A stretch of 64,000 bases of DNA. Source: Dehalococcoidia bacterium. Its GTDB lineage: Bacteria > Chloroflexota > Dehalococcoidia > UBA2979. Of this stretch, positions 1 through 8,863 are shown in pieces (position 1 is the stretch's first letter; every line of letters begins with the position of its first letter). The notes below the pieces were generated by a model that saw nothing but the letters and a program-made list of their open reading frames with translations, searched no databases and was not told where the DNA came from. Both the position numbers and the translations under genes were made by a program. The stretch lies in the NCBI GenBank assembly GCA_965262725.1, contig OZ253555.1, positions 128,001 to 192,000 of the forward strand. Reading direction: 5' to 3'.

Positions 1-118
1 CTCACCCGCGCCCTCGTTCTCGATGAGGATGGGGTCTCGCCGGTCAGACGCCTGTGCCCGTAGCGGGTCGAGCGCCACGGGGAGGCCGGCCCCTCCGTCT
101 CGAATGTGTCCTGCGGGG

Positions 119-1192
119 TCAGCGGAGCGCCGATGCGACCTGAGACGCCGCCTCATGCTGCATCCCGGGGAGCACGTGCGCGTAGATCGCGTACGTGATC
201 GCCGAGCTGGCATGTCCGAGCTGCGCGCTGATGCTGGTGATCGGCACTCCTTGCATCGCCATGAGCGAGGCGCACGTGTGTCGCAGCGTGTGGAAGGTGA
301 CGCCGTCGAGTTCGGCCTCGCGGAGGAGCGACTGGAATGCGCGGCGCATGTTGCTGGGCCTCCAGTGGGTCCCGATGCCCGAGGGGAAGACGAGATCCCG
401 CTCCCTCCAGCGTGCACCGAGCCGGAGGCGGTGCGCGCCCTGCTCGGCGCGATGCCGGCGGAGGACGCGCACGGCCTCAGCGGAGAGGGCCACGGCCCGC
501 CGCGAGCGGTGCGTCTTGGGCTCCATCTCGACGATGCCGCGTCCGGCGAATTCGCGGATCGTGCGCCTCACGCGCACCTCGCGGGACGGCAGGTCGATGT
601 CTGCCCAGCGCAGGGCGAGCAGCTCCCCGCGCCGCGCGCCCGTCTCGAGCGCGACGTAGAGGAGCGCATATATAGATGTATCGGCGGCGACCTCGAGCAG
701 CCGCCGGGCCTCGGCCACGCTCAGGACGCGCATCTCGCGCCGCCGCGTCGTCGGCGGGCGGGCCGCTTCTGCGGGGTTGACCTCGATCAGGCGCAGCTCG
801 GTCGCGGTCTGGAGCGCCGACTGGAGCTCCCGGTGCAGGCGGCGCACCGTATTCGGCGAGCGGCCCGATTCGAGCAGGCGCGTCATCAGCGCATCGACGT
901 CGACGGGTTGGAGTTCGCTCAGCCTCCGCGCACCGAGCGCCGGTTTGAAGTGGAGTTCGACGTCCCGGCGGTAGAGGTCGAAGGTGGATTCCTTCACACG
1001 CAGGGCCTGTCGCGCGAGCCAGAGATCGAGATAGGCGCCGACCAGCAGCGGGTCGCCCGTCGCACCGGTGCCGCCGGGAGGGGCGGAACTCCGGGGGCGG
1101 CGCACGCGGTCGACGCCCCGGGTGATGCCTCGTCGCCGCCGGGTCCGCGTGTGCCGGCTCGGCGGGCGTTCCTCCTCCGGGCGCTTCGTCAT
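119..1192 (-). CDS. Tyrosine recombinase/integrase (phage-integrase type); N-terminal arm-binding domain not recognisable
   Basis: Catalytic motifs TGARRGE (R), PKT (K), FHTLRHT (HxxR), QLGHAS (H), IYAH (Y). Core-binding segment YLDLWL..VKESTFDLY..RLSELQP. SD GGAGGGAG upstream of ATG 1192. Confidence 0.92.
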   Translation of the reverse strand: MTKRPEEERPPSRHTRTRRRRGITRGVDRVRRPRSSAPPGGTGATGDPLLVGAYLDLWLARQALRVKESTFDLYRRDVELHFKPALGARRLSELQPVDVDALMTRLLESGRSPNTVRRLHRELQSALQTATELRLIEVNPAEAARPPTTRRREMRVLSVAEARRLLEVAADTSIYALLYVALETGARRGELLALRWADIDLPSREVRVRRTIREFAGRGIVEMEPKTHRSRRAVALSAEAVRVLRRHRAEQGAHRLRLGARWRERDLVFPSGIGTHWRPSNMRRAFQSLLREAELDGVTFHTLRHTCASLMAMQGVPITSISAQLGHASSAITYAIYAHVLPGMQHEAASQVASALR

Positions 1193-1208
1193 CGCTCCCT
1201 CCGTGCGT

Positions 1209-4200
1209 TCAGATCCAGGACCTGCCGGCCGGCATCCGGAGCGCTTCTGCCGGCACTATCTCCTCGATGCCGGTCGCCACGAGCGTGCGCTGCTCCCCCG
1301 CCCGCTCGTCGAGCACGCCCCGCGCCCGCACGAAGGCCGCCGTCCGCACCACCCCGCGCTGGGCGGAGGCGAGCTCGCGGCGCACCAGGATGTTCATCAG
1401 GCCGTACTCGTCCTCGAGGAGCAGGAAGACGATCCCGCGCGCGGTGAGCGGGCGCTGGCGGCAGACGACCAGTCCCGCCACCTCCACCGGGCGCCCGGCC
1501 GGCAGCACGTGCAGGTGCCGGCTGGAGGCGACCCCCTCGCCGAGCGACTCGCGCAGGAACCGCATCGGGTGGCTGTCGGGGGAGAGTCCGAGCAGCGCGT
1601 AGTCGAGGGCCATCCGCTCGCGGTCGTCGAAGTCCGTCAGCGCAACGGCGTCCTGCGCCGTCGGCAGCTCGAGCCGCAGCTGGCGCCGGGTCGGTTGCGC
1701 CGAGGGGGTATGCGCCATCCCCCCCGCCGGCCCGCCGCTGAACAGCCCGAGCTGCCACAGCAGCTCGCGGCGGTTCAGCCCGAAGCCGTCGAATGCGCCG
1801 GCCTGGATCAGGCGCGCCGTCTCCCTGCGGCCGAGCCCCGTGCGCTGCACGAAGTCGAACAGCGAGCGGTAGCGTCCCGCACGCTCGCGCTCCTCCTCGA
1901 TCCGCCGCGCCCAGGCGGGCCCGAGGCCCTGCACATAGCCGAGCCCGATGCGGATCGCGCCGGTGGCGCTCTCCGTGTCGGCGGGCTGCTCGATCGTGCA
2001 CATCGCGCGGCTGACGTCGATGTCGGGGCGCCGGACGGCGACGCCGTGGCGCTTCGCGTCGTTGGTGAGGACGTGCGGAGGGTAGAACCCCGTGGGCTGG
2101 TGGTTGAAGAGCGCGCAGAGGAACTCCGGGGCGTAGTACTGCTTGAGCCAGCTGGACTGGTAGGCGAGCAGCGCGAACGCTGCGCCGTGGCTCTTCGGGA
2201 AGCCGAACTCCGCGAAGCCCAGCAGGTTGTCGAAGACCCGCTCCGCCACCGTGTGCGCCACGCCCCGCTCCGCGGCCCCCGCGAGGAAGCGCTCGCGCCA
2301 GGTGTCCATCGCCTCGCGCGCGTGCCGGCGGCTCATCGAGCGGCGGAAGCGCTCGGCCTCCCCGGAGCTGAAGCCGCCCATCTGCTGAGCGACCTGCAGC
2401 ACCTGCTCCTGGAAGATCACTACCCCCAGCGTCTCCTCGAGCACGTCGCGCACGCACTCGTGCGGCATCGCGGGGCGGTAGCGCGGATCGCGGCGCTGCT
2501 GCTCGCGGCGCCGTACGTAGGGGTTCACGGCGCCGCCGACGATCGGCCCCGGCCGCACGATCGACACCTGCACGGCGAGATCCTCGAGGGTGCGCGGCTG
2601 CGTCCTGGGCAGCATCGCGATCTGCGCGCGCGACTCGATCTGGAAGACCCCGACGGTGTCGCCGCGGCAGATCGAGTCGTAGACGGCCTGGTCCCGGAAA
2701 TCGATCCGCGAGAGGTCGACGATGCGTCCGCGCCCGGCGGCTATCAGCTCCACCGCCTCCTCGACGACCGAGAGCATGCCGAGCGCGAGGAAGTCGATCT
2801 TCACCATCCGCGCGTCGCTGACGGAGTCCTTGTCCCAGTGACAGAGGTAGCGGCCCGGCATCGCCGCCGGCTGGCAGGGCACGCAGTCAATAAGCGGGCC
2901 GGAGGCGATCACCATCCCGCCGGGGTGCTGCGAGAGGTGGCGCGGGATCCCCTCCAGCTGCTGGGCGAGCTCGGAAAACTGCTGCCATCCGCGTGCCTGG
3001 GCGCGGCCCTGGAAGTGCGGGGAGCGCGCGAGCTCCTCCGGGATCTGGTCGGCCCCGTCGTGCGGCCCCGCGAGCCGGGCGAGACGGTCCAGCTCCGCCT
3101 CCGGCAGCCCCAGCGCCTTGCCGGCGTCGCGGATCGCGCTCTTCGGCCGGTAGGTGGCGAAGGTGGCGACGAGGGCGGTGCGCTCGCGGCCCCAGCGCGC
3201 ATGGACGCGCTTGATCAGCTCCGCCCGGATATCGCGAGGGAAGTCGAGATCGATGTCGGGCAGGGAGTGCATCTCCTCGTTCAGGAAGCGCCCGATGAAG
3301 AGGCGGTGGTGAATCGGGTCGATGTGGGAGAGCCCGATCAGGTAGCAGACGATCGAGGCGACCGAGGATCCGCGGCCGCGGCCGGGAGGCAGCTGCGTGC
3401 GGCTGCGGGCGGTGCCGCTCCCGCGCACCTCGCGGGCGACCTCCCGCGCCAGCCGGAAGACCTCGTGGTAGATGAGGAAGAATCCGGCGAGATCGTGCAT
3501 CCGTATCAGGCGCAGCTCCTCGTCCAGCTGCGCCTGGGCCTTGCTGCGCACGGCCGGGGAGCGGTAGCGCTCCCGCAGGCGCTCCCGGCAGATCCGCTCC
3601 AGCTCGAGCAGCGGCGTGGTGCCTTCAGGAAGCGGTGGCGTGGGGAGCCGGTAGCCGAGATCCTCGGTCAGGTCGAAGCGGCAGCGCTGCGCGATCCGCA
3701 CCGTGTTCGCCGCCGCCTGCGGGTGATAGCGCGCGAAGCGCCGCGCCTGCCGCTGCGGGCTGCGCAGCCAGAACTCGGCGTTCGGCCTGCGCTCGGCGTG
3801 GCACTCATCGAGGGTGGCGCGCCGGCTGATCGCGACCAGCACATCCTGTAGCCGGTGACGCTCGCGCGCGTGGTAGTGCACGTTGCCGGTACCGACCACG
3901 CCCACCCCCGCGCGCTCCGCGAGCGCGACCAGCGCCTCGTTGCGCGGGCGGTCGCCGCGGACGTAGTTGTCCTGAAGCTCGACGAAGACCTGGTTCGTCC
4001 CGAACCAGGCGATGAGGCGCTCGAGGGCCGCGACCGCCTCGCTTCCGCGCCCCGCCTGCACGAGGGAGGGGATGCGCCCGTCGCGGCACCCCGTCAGCAC
4101 GATCAGTCCCTCCGCGTGCCGGCCGAGCACGGCGAGCGGGAGCACCGGATCGAGGCGCCGCTCCTCCTGGGCGCGCGGATCCGTCTCCCTCAGCCCGAAG

Positions 4201-4673
4201 GCGTAGCTGGAGAGCCGGCAGAGGTTGGCATATCCCTGCCGGGTCTCGGCGAGAAGCGTGAGGTGCGAGCGCACCTCTGTGCCCGCATCACGCGCCGCCG
4301 CGGGTTCGGAGACGGTCAGCTCCAGCCCGGTGATGGGCCTGATCCCGGCCGCGCGCGCCGCATGCGCGAACTCCATCGCCCCGAACATGCCGTCGTGGTC
4401 GGTCAGCGCGAGCGCCGCGTGGCCCTGCTCCGCGGCGCTGTGCACCAGCTCGTCCGGGCTCGAGGCGCCCTCCAGCAGCGAGTAGTAGCTGTGTGCGTGC
4501 AGCTCCACGTATGGGACGCCGCCCAGTGCCTCCTCCGGGATGGGCGGTGGGGAGCCGCGCGGCGTCCGGGGGACCGGCACCCCCGTCTCGATCTGCGCGC
4601 GCCGCCGCTCGAACTCGTCCCAGCGCTCCATGTAGCCGGGCTCTAGTTCCCGGCGCCCGCGTGCCACCGGCAT
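1209..4673 (-). CDS. dnaE2: Error-prone DNA polymerase III alpha subunit (DnaE2/ImuC)
   Basis: PHP motif YVELHAHSYYSLLEGASSP, GRGSSVASIVCYLIG, PDIDLDF, RHLSQHPGG, KIDFLALGML, FGFPKSH, C-terminal OB fold VVCRQRP. LexA box upstream and imuB nearby. Confidence 0.96.
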   Translation of the reverse strand: MPVARGRRELEPGYMERWDEFERRRAQIETGVPVPRTPRGSPPPIPEEALGGVPYVELHAHSYYSLLEGASSPDELVHSAAEQGHAALALTDHDGMFGAMEFAHAARAAGIRPITGLELTVSEPAAARDAGTEVRSHLTLLAETRQGYANLCRLSSYAFGLRETDPRAQEERRLDPVLPLAVLGRHAEGLIVLTGCRDGRIPSLVQAGRGSEAVAALERLIAWFGTNQVFVELQDNYVRGDRPRNEALVALAERAGVGVVGTGNVHYHARERHRLQDVLVAISRRATLDECHAERRPNAEFWLRSPQRQARRFARYHPQAAANTVRIAQRCRFDLTEDLGYRLPTPPLPEGTTPLLELERICRERLRERYRSPAVRSKAQAQLDEELRLIRMHDLAGFFLIYHEVFRLAREVAREVRGSGTARSRTQLPPGRGRGSSVASIVCYLIGLSHIDPIHHRLFIGRFLNEEMHSLPDIDLDFPRDIRAELIKRVHARWGRERTALVATFATYRPKSAIRDAGKALGLPEAELDRLARLAGPHDGADQIPEELARSPHFQGRAQARGWQQFSELAQQLEGIPRHLSQHPGGMVIASGPLIDCVPCQPAAMPGRYLCHWDKDSVSDARMVKIDFLALGMLSVVEEAVELIAAGRGRIVDLSRIDFRDQAVYDSICRGDTVGVFQIESRAQIAMLPRTQPRTLEDLAVQVSIVRPGPIVGGAVNPYVRRREQQRRDPRYRPAMPHECVRDVLEETLGVVIFQEQVLQVAQQMGGFSSGEAERFRRSMSRRHAREAMDTWRERFLAGAAERGVAHTVAERVFDNLLGFAEFGFPKSHGAAFALLAYQSSWLKQYYAPEFLCALFNHQPTGFYPPHVLTNDAKRHGVAVRRPDIDVSRAMCTIEQPADTESATGAIRIGLGYVQGLGPAWARRIEEERERAGRYRSLFDFVQRTGLGRRETARLIQAGAFDGFGLNRRELLWQLGLFSGGPAGGMAHTPSAQPTRRQLRLELPTAQDAVALTDFDDRERMALDYALLGLSPDSHPMRFLRESLGEGVASSRHLHVLPAGRPVEVAGLVVCRQRPLTARGIVFLLLEDEYGLMNILVRRELASAQRGVVRTAAFVRARGVLDERAGEQRTLVATGIEEIVPAEALRMPAGRSWI

Positions 4674-4706
4674 TCCTTTCCGCCGCGAACGGCGGCCGAG
4701 AGTAAC

Positions 4707-4720
4707 AGAACATCTGTTCC
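4707..4720 (-). promoter_or_regulatory. LexA (SOS) box AGAAC-ATCT-GTTCC in the dnaE2 promoter
   Basis: GAAC-N4-GTTC at 4708-4719. On the minus strand it lies in the spacer between TTGATC (-35) and TGT-TACTCT (extended -10). Confidence 0.85.
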
Positions 4721-5006
4721 AAGATCAACATACCGCCCGAACGAGCCCTGGCGGAGCAACGCCACCCTGTGAGCGCAGATTACCCATAGCATCACTGCTG
4801 GCCGGAGCCACCTATCAGATATCCGCCTCACGGCTCGGCCGCGAGCGCGGGAGCCCCGGCATGCAACGGTTACTGGATGGTGGCGGCGTGACGGACCAGG
4901 GAACGATCCGGCGTGAAGCCGCATATCTCTCGGCAGGATGGTGTTGGAGCAGCGTGAGACGCGACGCACGAGCTACCCCGGCCGACCGGCGGAGGGTGAG
5001 GGGCGT

Positions 5007-5564
5007 ATGACCGACGACGAGGCCATCCGGCGCTGTCAGGACGGAGACCATGACGCCTTTCGCCATCTTGTGGAGCGGTACAAGAACCCGCTCTACGGCA
5101 CCGCCTACGTGATGACCGGCAATGCCGCCCACGCCGAGGAGCACGTCCAGGAGGCGTTCCTGTCGGCCTGGCGCGGCATCCGTACCTTCCGGCGGGGCCT
5201 CCCGGTGAAGCCCTGGTTGATGCGGATCCTCGTGAACACCGTGCTCTCCCAGCAGCGGAGACGCACGCTGACGACGGTGCCGATCGAGGAGTCGCTGCTG
5301 CCGGGAACGACCCCCGGTCCGCAGGACTCAGTCGAGGCGAGCGAGAACCGCGAGGCCGTGCGTCAGGCCCTCGCCCGGCTCAGCCCCGAACACCGCCAGG
5401 TCGTCGTGCTGCGCTACTTCGCCGACCTGACGGTTCCACAGGTGGCCCGCTCCGCCGGGGTGCGGGAGGGCACAGTCAAGTCGCGGCTTCACCGTGCGCT
5501 CCGCCAGATGCGCGAGTTGCTGGAGCAGTCCGGCGTGATGGAGGTAGCCGGCAATGGCACCTAA
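5007..5564 (+). CDS. ECF RNA polymerase sigma factor
   Basis: AFRHLVERY, AEEHVQEAFLSAW, KPWLMRI, region 4 LSPEHRQVVVLRY..GTVKSRLHRA. Confidence 0.93.
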   Translation: MTDDEAIRRCQDGDHDAFRHLVERYKNPLYGTAYVMTGNAAHAEEHVQEAFLSAWRGIRTFRRGLPVKPWLMRILVNTVLSQQRRRTLTTVPIEESLLPGTTPGPQDSVEASENREAVRQALARLSPEHRQVVVLRYFADLTVPQVARSAGVREGTVKSRLHRALRQMRELLEQSGVMEVAGNGT

Positions 5565-7791
5565 CGACGCATTCGATCAGGAGATGGAGCGCCGCCTGAG
5601 AGAGCACTTCACCGAGGAGGCTTCCGAGCTGCGCGCGCCCGACGACCTCTGGGATCGACTGGAGGGGCAGCTGGGCGAGCAAGAGCCGCCGCGCCGCTTC
5701 GCGTTGCTGCGTGGCGGAGCCCTCGTCGGCGGGACGGCCTGGGTTCCGGCGGCGGCCGCGGCCGTCCTGGTTCTGGCCGCCGGGATGGGAGCCTGGCTCC
5801 TCACCGGTAACGGTGGCGGCGACGCTGCCCCGGTGGCCGCCGGCCGGCGGTTCGCCCCGGAAAACGTTGAGGCTTTGCGGGCTGCCTACGCCGTCGCGAC
5901 AGCTGCCGCCCAACTGGCCCCCGTCGCGGCGGCGCCCCTCATCGACCCGCTGGCCGCCCCTGCCGCGACGGCTGCACCCCGCGCGGCGGCTGCGCCCACC
6001 GCGGCGGCGCAGCCCCGCGCGACGGCTGCGCCCACCGCGGCGGCTGCGTCCGCGGCGGCGGTTGTGCCCCGCGCGACGGCTGCGCCCACCGCGACGGCTG
6101 CGCCCGTCGTGGCGGCTGCGCCCGCCGCGACGGCTGCCCCGGCTGCCCCGCCCGCCCCGGCGGCCCCGGTCGTCGCCGAGCCGATCGCCACCCCGGCCAG
6201 CGGCTCTGGCGGAACCGGCGGTGACGGCGCCGCCTCGGAGTCAGAAAGCGCAGCCGACGGGGGCTCGACGGTGTCAGCGCCGCCGGAGCCGCCCGCGACC
6301 GGTCCCGGCTCCAAGCATCCGCCTGGCCTCGATCACCCGCCCCAGCCCCAGCAGCCCGCGGCCACCACGTTCGAGGACTACGGCCGCACGCCGTTCGCGG
6401 AGACGTCGACCGATGCGATCTCCACGTTCAGCCTCGACACCGATCGCACGTCCTACTTCCTCGCCCTGAGCTGGGTTCGCAACGGCTACACCGTCGAGCC
6501 CGACTCCGTGCGGGCGGAGGAGTGGATTAACGCCTTCGACTACGGCTATGCGGCGCCGGGCGACGATCGCAGCTTCGCCGTCACGAGCGAGGTGGCGCGG
6601 CATCCGCTCGAGAGCGACCGGCACCTCGTGCGCATCGCTCTCCAGGCGCCGGAGCTCCGCGACGACACGCCCCTGAACGTGACGCTCGTGCTGGATGCAT
6701 CGGGCTCCATGAGCCAGGGGAACCGCGTCGCAATCGCCCGCGAGGCGGCGGAGACCCTCCGCCAGAGCCTCAGCTCCCGCGATCGCGTCGCCGTAGTGCA
6801 CTTCAGCCAGCGTGTGCTCGACGACTACACCGTCGAACACAGTGCACCCGACGATCAGGACGTCGTGTCGTCGATCAGCCGCCTGGTGCCGTCGGGCAGC
6901 ACGAACGTGCAGGCCGGGCTCAATCTCGGCGTCCGGCTCGCAGGCGCCGCCCGCCTCGAGCGGCCCGGGGCCTACAACTACATCATCCTGATGTCCGACG
7001 GCGTGGCGAACGTGGACGCGACGGATCCGTTCGCCATCCTCGAGTCGGCCCCGGATTCCGACAGCACGAACCCGCTCCGCCTGATCACGATCGGCGTGGG
7101 GATCGAGAACTACAATGACTTCCTGCTGGAGCAGCTGGCCCAGCACGGCAACGGCTGGTACCGCTACCTCGACGACGCCGCGCAGGCTCGCGCGACGTTC
7201 AGCCGCGAGAACTGGCTCGCGCTCTCCACGCCCTTCGCCGACCAGGCACGGGCCCAGGTGACGTGGGATCCCGCGATCGTTCAGGCCTGGCGCATCGTCG
7301 GCTACGAGAACCGCATCACGCCGGATCACACCTTCGAGCAGAACCGCAGGGAGTTCGCCGAGCTCCCCTCCGGGGCCGCCACGACGGTGCTCTACGAGCT
7401 CGTCCTCCACGAGGGCGCCGGCAACCGCTCCACCCGACTGGGAAACGTGGAGGTGCGCTGGGTGGACCCGGCCTCCGGGGCATCACGCAGCCAGAACGCC
7501 GACGTCCTCGGCGACGCGGGCACCTCGTTCGCTGCCGGCGAGCGCTACTTCAGGCTCGCGGCGATCGTGGGGCTCGCCGCCGATCGCTACAGCGCCCTTT
7601 CACCCCAGGTCGAGAACGCGGAGGTCGACTACGCCGGCATCCGGGGCGACCTCTCCGCCCTCGGGGCGGAGCTGAGCGCTCTTCAGGGGGTGCTCGGATC
7701 GCTCCAGTCCTACGCCGACTTCCGCTTCCTCCTGAACCGGCTCACGCAGGCTGCAGCAGAGCTGGCTCCCACGTCGGGCTACAGCCGGTGA
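5554..7791 (+). CDS. Anti-sigma-like membrane protein fused to an Ala/Pro linker and a YfbK-type vWA domain
   Basis: Overlaps the sigma gene end. N-terminus ERRLREHF..PDDLWDRLE, one TM helix, STFSLDTDRTSY, VRAEEWINAFDY, MIDAS LDASGSM, LMSDGVANV, WRIVGYENR. Confidence 0.85.
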   Translation: MAPNDAFDQEMERRLREHFTEEASELRAPDDLWDRLEGQLGEQEPPRRFALLRGGALVGGTAWVPAAAAAVLVLAAGMGAWLLTGNGGGDAAPVAAGRRFAPENVEALRAAYAVATAAAQLAPVAAAPLIDPLAAPAATAAPRAAAAPTAAAQPRATAAPTAAAASAAAVVPRATAAPTATAAPVVAAAPAATAAPAAPPAPAAPVVAEPIATPASGSGGTGGDGAASESESAADGGSTVSAPPEPPATGPGSKHPPGLDHPPQPQQPAATTFEDYGRTPFAETSTDAISTFSLDTDRTSYFLALSWVRNGYTVEPDSVRAEEWINAFDYGYAAPGDDRSFAVTSEVARHPLESDRHLVRIALQAPELRDDTPLNVTLVLDASGSMSQGNRVAIAREAAETLRQSLSSRDRVAVVHFSQRVLDDYTVEHSAPDDQDVVSSISRLVPSGSTNVQAGLNLGVRLAGAARLERPGAYNYIILMSDGVANVDATDPFAILESAPDSDSTNPLRLITIGVGIENYNDFLLEQLAQHGNGWYRYLDDAAQARATFSRENWLALSTPFADQARAQVTWDPAIVQAWRIVGYENRITPDHTFEQNRREFAELPSGAATTVLYELVLHEGAGNRSTRLGNVEVRWVDPASGASRSQNADVLGDAGTSFAAGERYFRLAAIVGLAADRYSALSPQVENAEVDYAGIRGDLSALGAELSALQGVLGSLQSYADFRFLLNRLTQAAAELAPTSGYSR
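5960..6140 (+). repeat. Imperfect coding repeats (PRATAAPTA-like) in the vWA protein linker
   Basis: Recurrent CGCG(A/G)CGGCTGCGCCCACCGCG units. Confidence 0.7.
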
Positions 7792-7799
7792 CGGGGCTC

Positions 7800-7968
7800 C
7801 GAGGGCCGTTACCGGCTGGCTCCCGCGTCCCGCCTGCACGAGGACGGGGATGCGCCGGTCGCGGCACCCCGTCAGCGCGATCAGCTCCTTCCCGTGTCAG
7901 GTGTCGCGCTTCCCGGCCGCGCGGCTCCGTCTCCCAGCGCTGGTAGCCGCGCCGTAGTTCTCGGCGCC
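7800..7968 (-). pseudogene. Decayed, internally deleted copy of the dnaE2 5' region
   Basis: 7800-7900 aligns with 4022-4122 (e.g. CCCGCCTGCACGAGG, GGGGATGCGCC, GTCGCGGCACCCCGTCAGC). 7919-7935 aligns with 4173-4189. 7943-7968 aligns with 4632-4657. Confidence 0.85.
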
Positions 7969-8074
7969 ACCGCTCGCCGCACGCGACGGGGCACGCGCAG
8001 TACCGCGTTACGCATTGCTAACCGGTCGCTGCTGAGGGTAGGCTGTGGAACACAGAATATGTGGAGCTGTGAAT

Positions 8075-8365
8075 ATGCGGAATATCACCGTGTCCGTCGA
8101 TGACGAGACCCATCGGCTCGCCCGCACCAAGGCGGCGGAACTGGACACATCGGTATCGGCTCTCGTGCGCGACTATCTCAGGCGTCTCGCCCGCGGGCAG
8201 GCAGTCGGAATCGGATCTGACCGCCACGTGGCTGAGACAGAACGCGAACGTCGGGGCAGGCTCCTGGCCGAAGCCGTCGAGGACATCACGAAGAACGGCG
8301 GCGGGTTGCATATGGCCGACAACCTGCCGAGGGACTCGCTCCACGACCGCCGTGCGCTTCGTTGA
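8075..8365 (+). CDS. Ribbon-helix-helix antitoxin (VapB-like)
   Basis: MRNITVSVDDETHRLARTKAAELDTSVSALVRDYL; overlaps the PIN toxin gene. Confidence 0.85.
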   Translation: MRNITVSVDDETHRLARTKAAELDTSVSALVRDYLRRLARGQAVGIGSDRHVAETERERRGRLLAEAVEDITKNGGGLHMADNLPRDSLHDRRALR

Positions 8366-8771
8366 CACCAACGTCTTGCTGTATGCGGTGAGCGCGCTGT
8401 CGGAGAACGCTGCCAAGCGCCGCCGCGCCCTCGCGCTCCTCGAGGAAGACGACCTGGCGATCTCGGTCCAGGTGCTTCAGGAGTTCTATCATCGGGCGAC
8501 GCGTCCCAGCCGCCCCGCGGCCATCACTCCCGAGCAGGCCCTGCGATTCATCGAGGCCATCGACAGCTTGCCGGTTCAGCCCATCACACTCGACACATTC
8601 CGCGCCGGCGTGGCCATCAGTCAGCGATTCGGATTGTCCTGCTGGGACGGTGCAATCCTCGCCGCCGCGCGCGCCATGGGCTGCGACGCGGTCTACTCGG
8701 AGGATATGAGCTCCGATCAGGACTACGGCGGCGTGAGGGTGCTCAACCCCTTCGTTGATCAGGAACACTGA
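8352..8771 (+). CDS. PIN-domain toxin (VapC-like)
   Basis: GTG start; FVDTNVLLYA, ISVQVLQEFY, LSCWDGAILAAA, YSEDM, VLNPF. Confidence 0.92.
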   Translation: MRFVDTNVLLYAVSALSENAAKRRRALALLEEDDLAISVQVLQEFYHRATRPSRPAAITPEQALRFIEAIDSLPVQPITLDTFRAGVAISQRFGLSCWDGAILAAARAMGCDAVYSEDMSSDQDYGGVRVLNPFVDQEH

Positions 8772-8814
8772 GCAACGCTCACGCCATGCGCATTGCGTTC
8801 TGGACACGTGTAGT

Positions 8815-8828
8815 AGAACAAAAGTTCT
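8815..8828 (+). promoter_or_regulatory. LexA (SOS) box AGAAC-AAAA-GTTCT upstream of imuB
   Basis: Perfect AGAAC-N4-GTTCT directly before an extended -10 (TGA-TATGAT, TATGAT at 8831-8836). Confidence 0.9.
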
Positions 8829-8863
8829 GATATGATGCCGCCCCTTCTGGCGGGGGGTAGCAG

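Noticed and set aside
119-1192. Integron integrase with a cassette array
   Set aside because: Lacks the IntI-specific insertion, and no repeated attC-like sites were seen between downstream genes.
1068-3851. 927-aa plus-strand ORF, and similar long ORFs such as 23-1447, 41577-44765 and 30201-32108
   Set aside because: Antisense shadows of dnaE2, the integrase, gyrA and the TPP enzyme. They result from high GC3 codon bias and carry no recognisable motifs.
7800-7968. Template/variable repeat pair of a diversity-generating retroelement
   Set aside because: Mismatches with dnaE2 are not adenine-specific, the copy has large deletions, and no reverse transcriptase is in the window.
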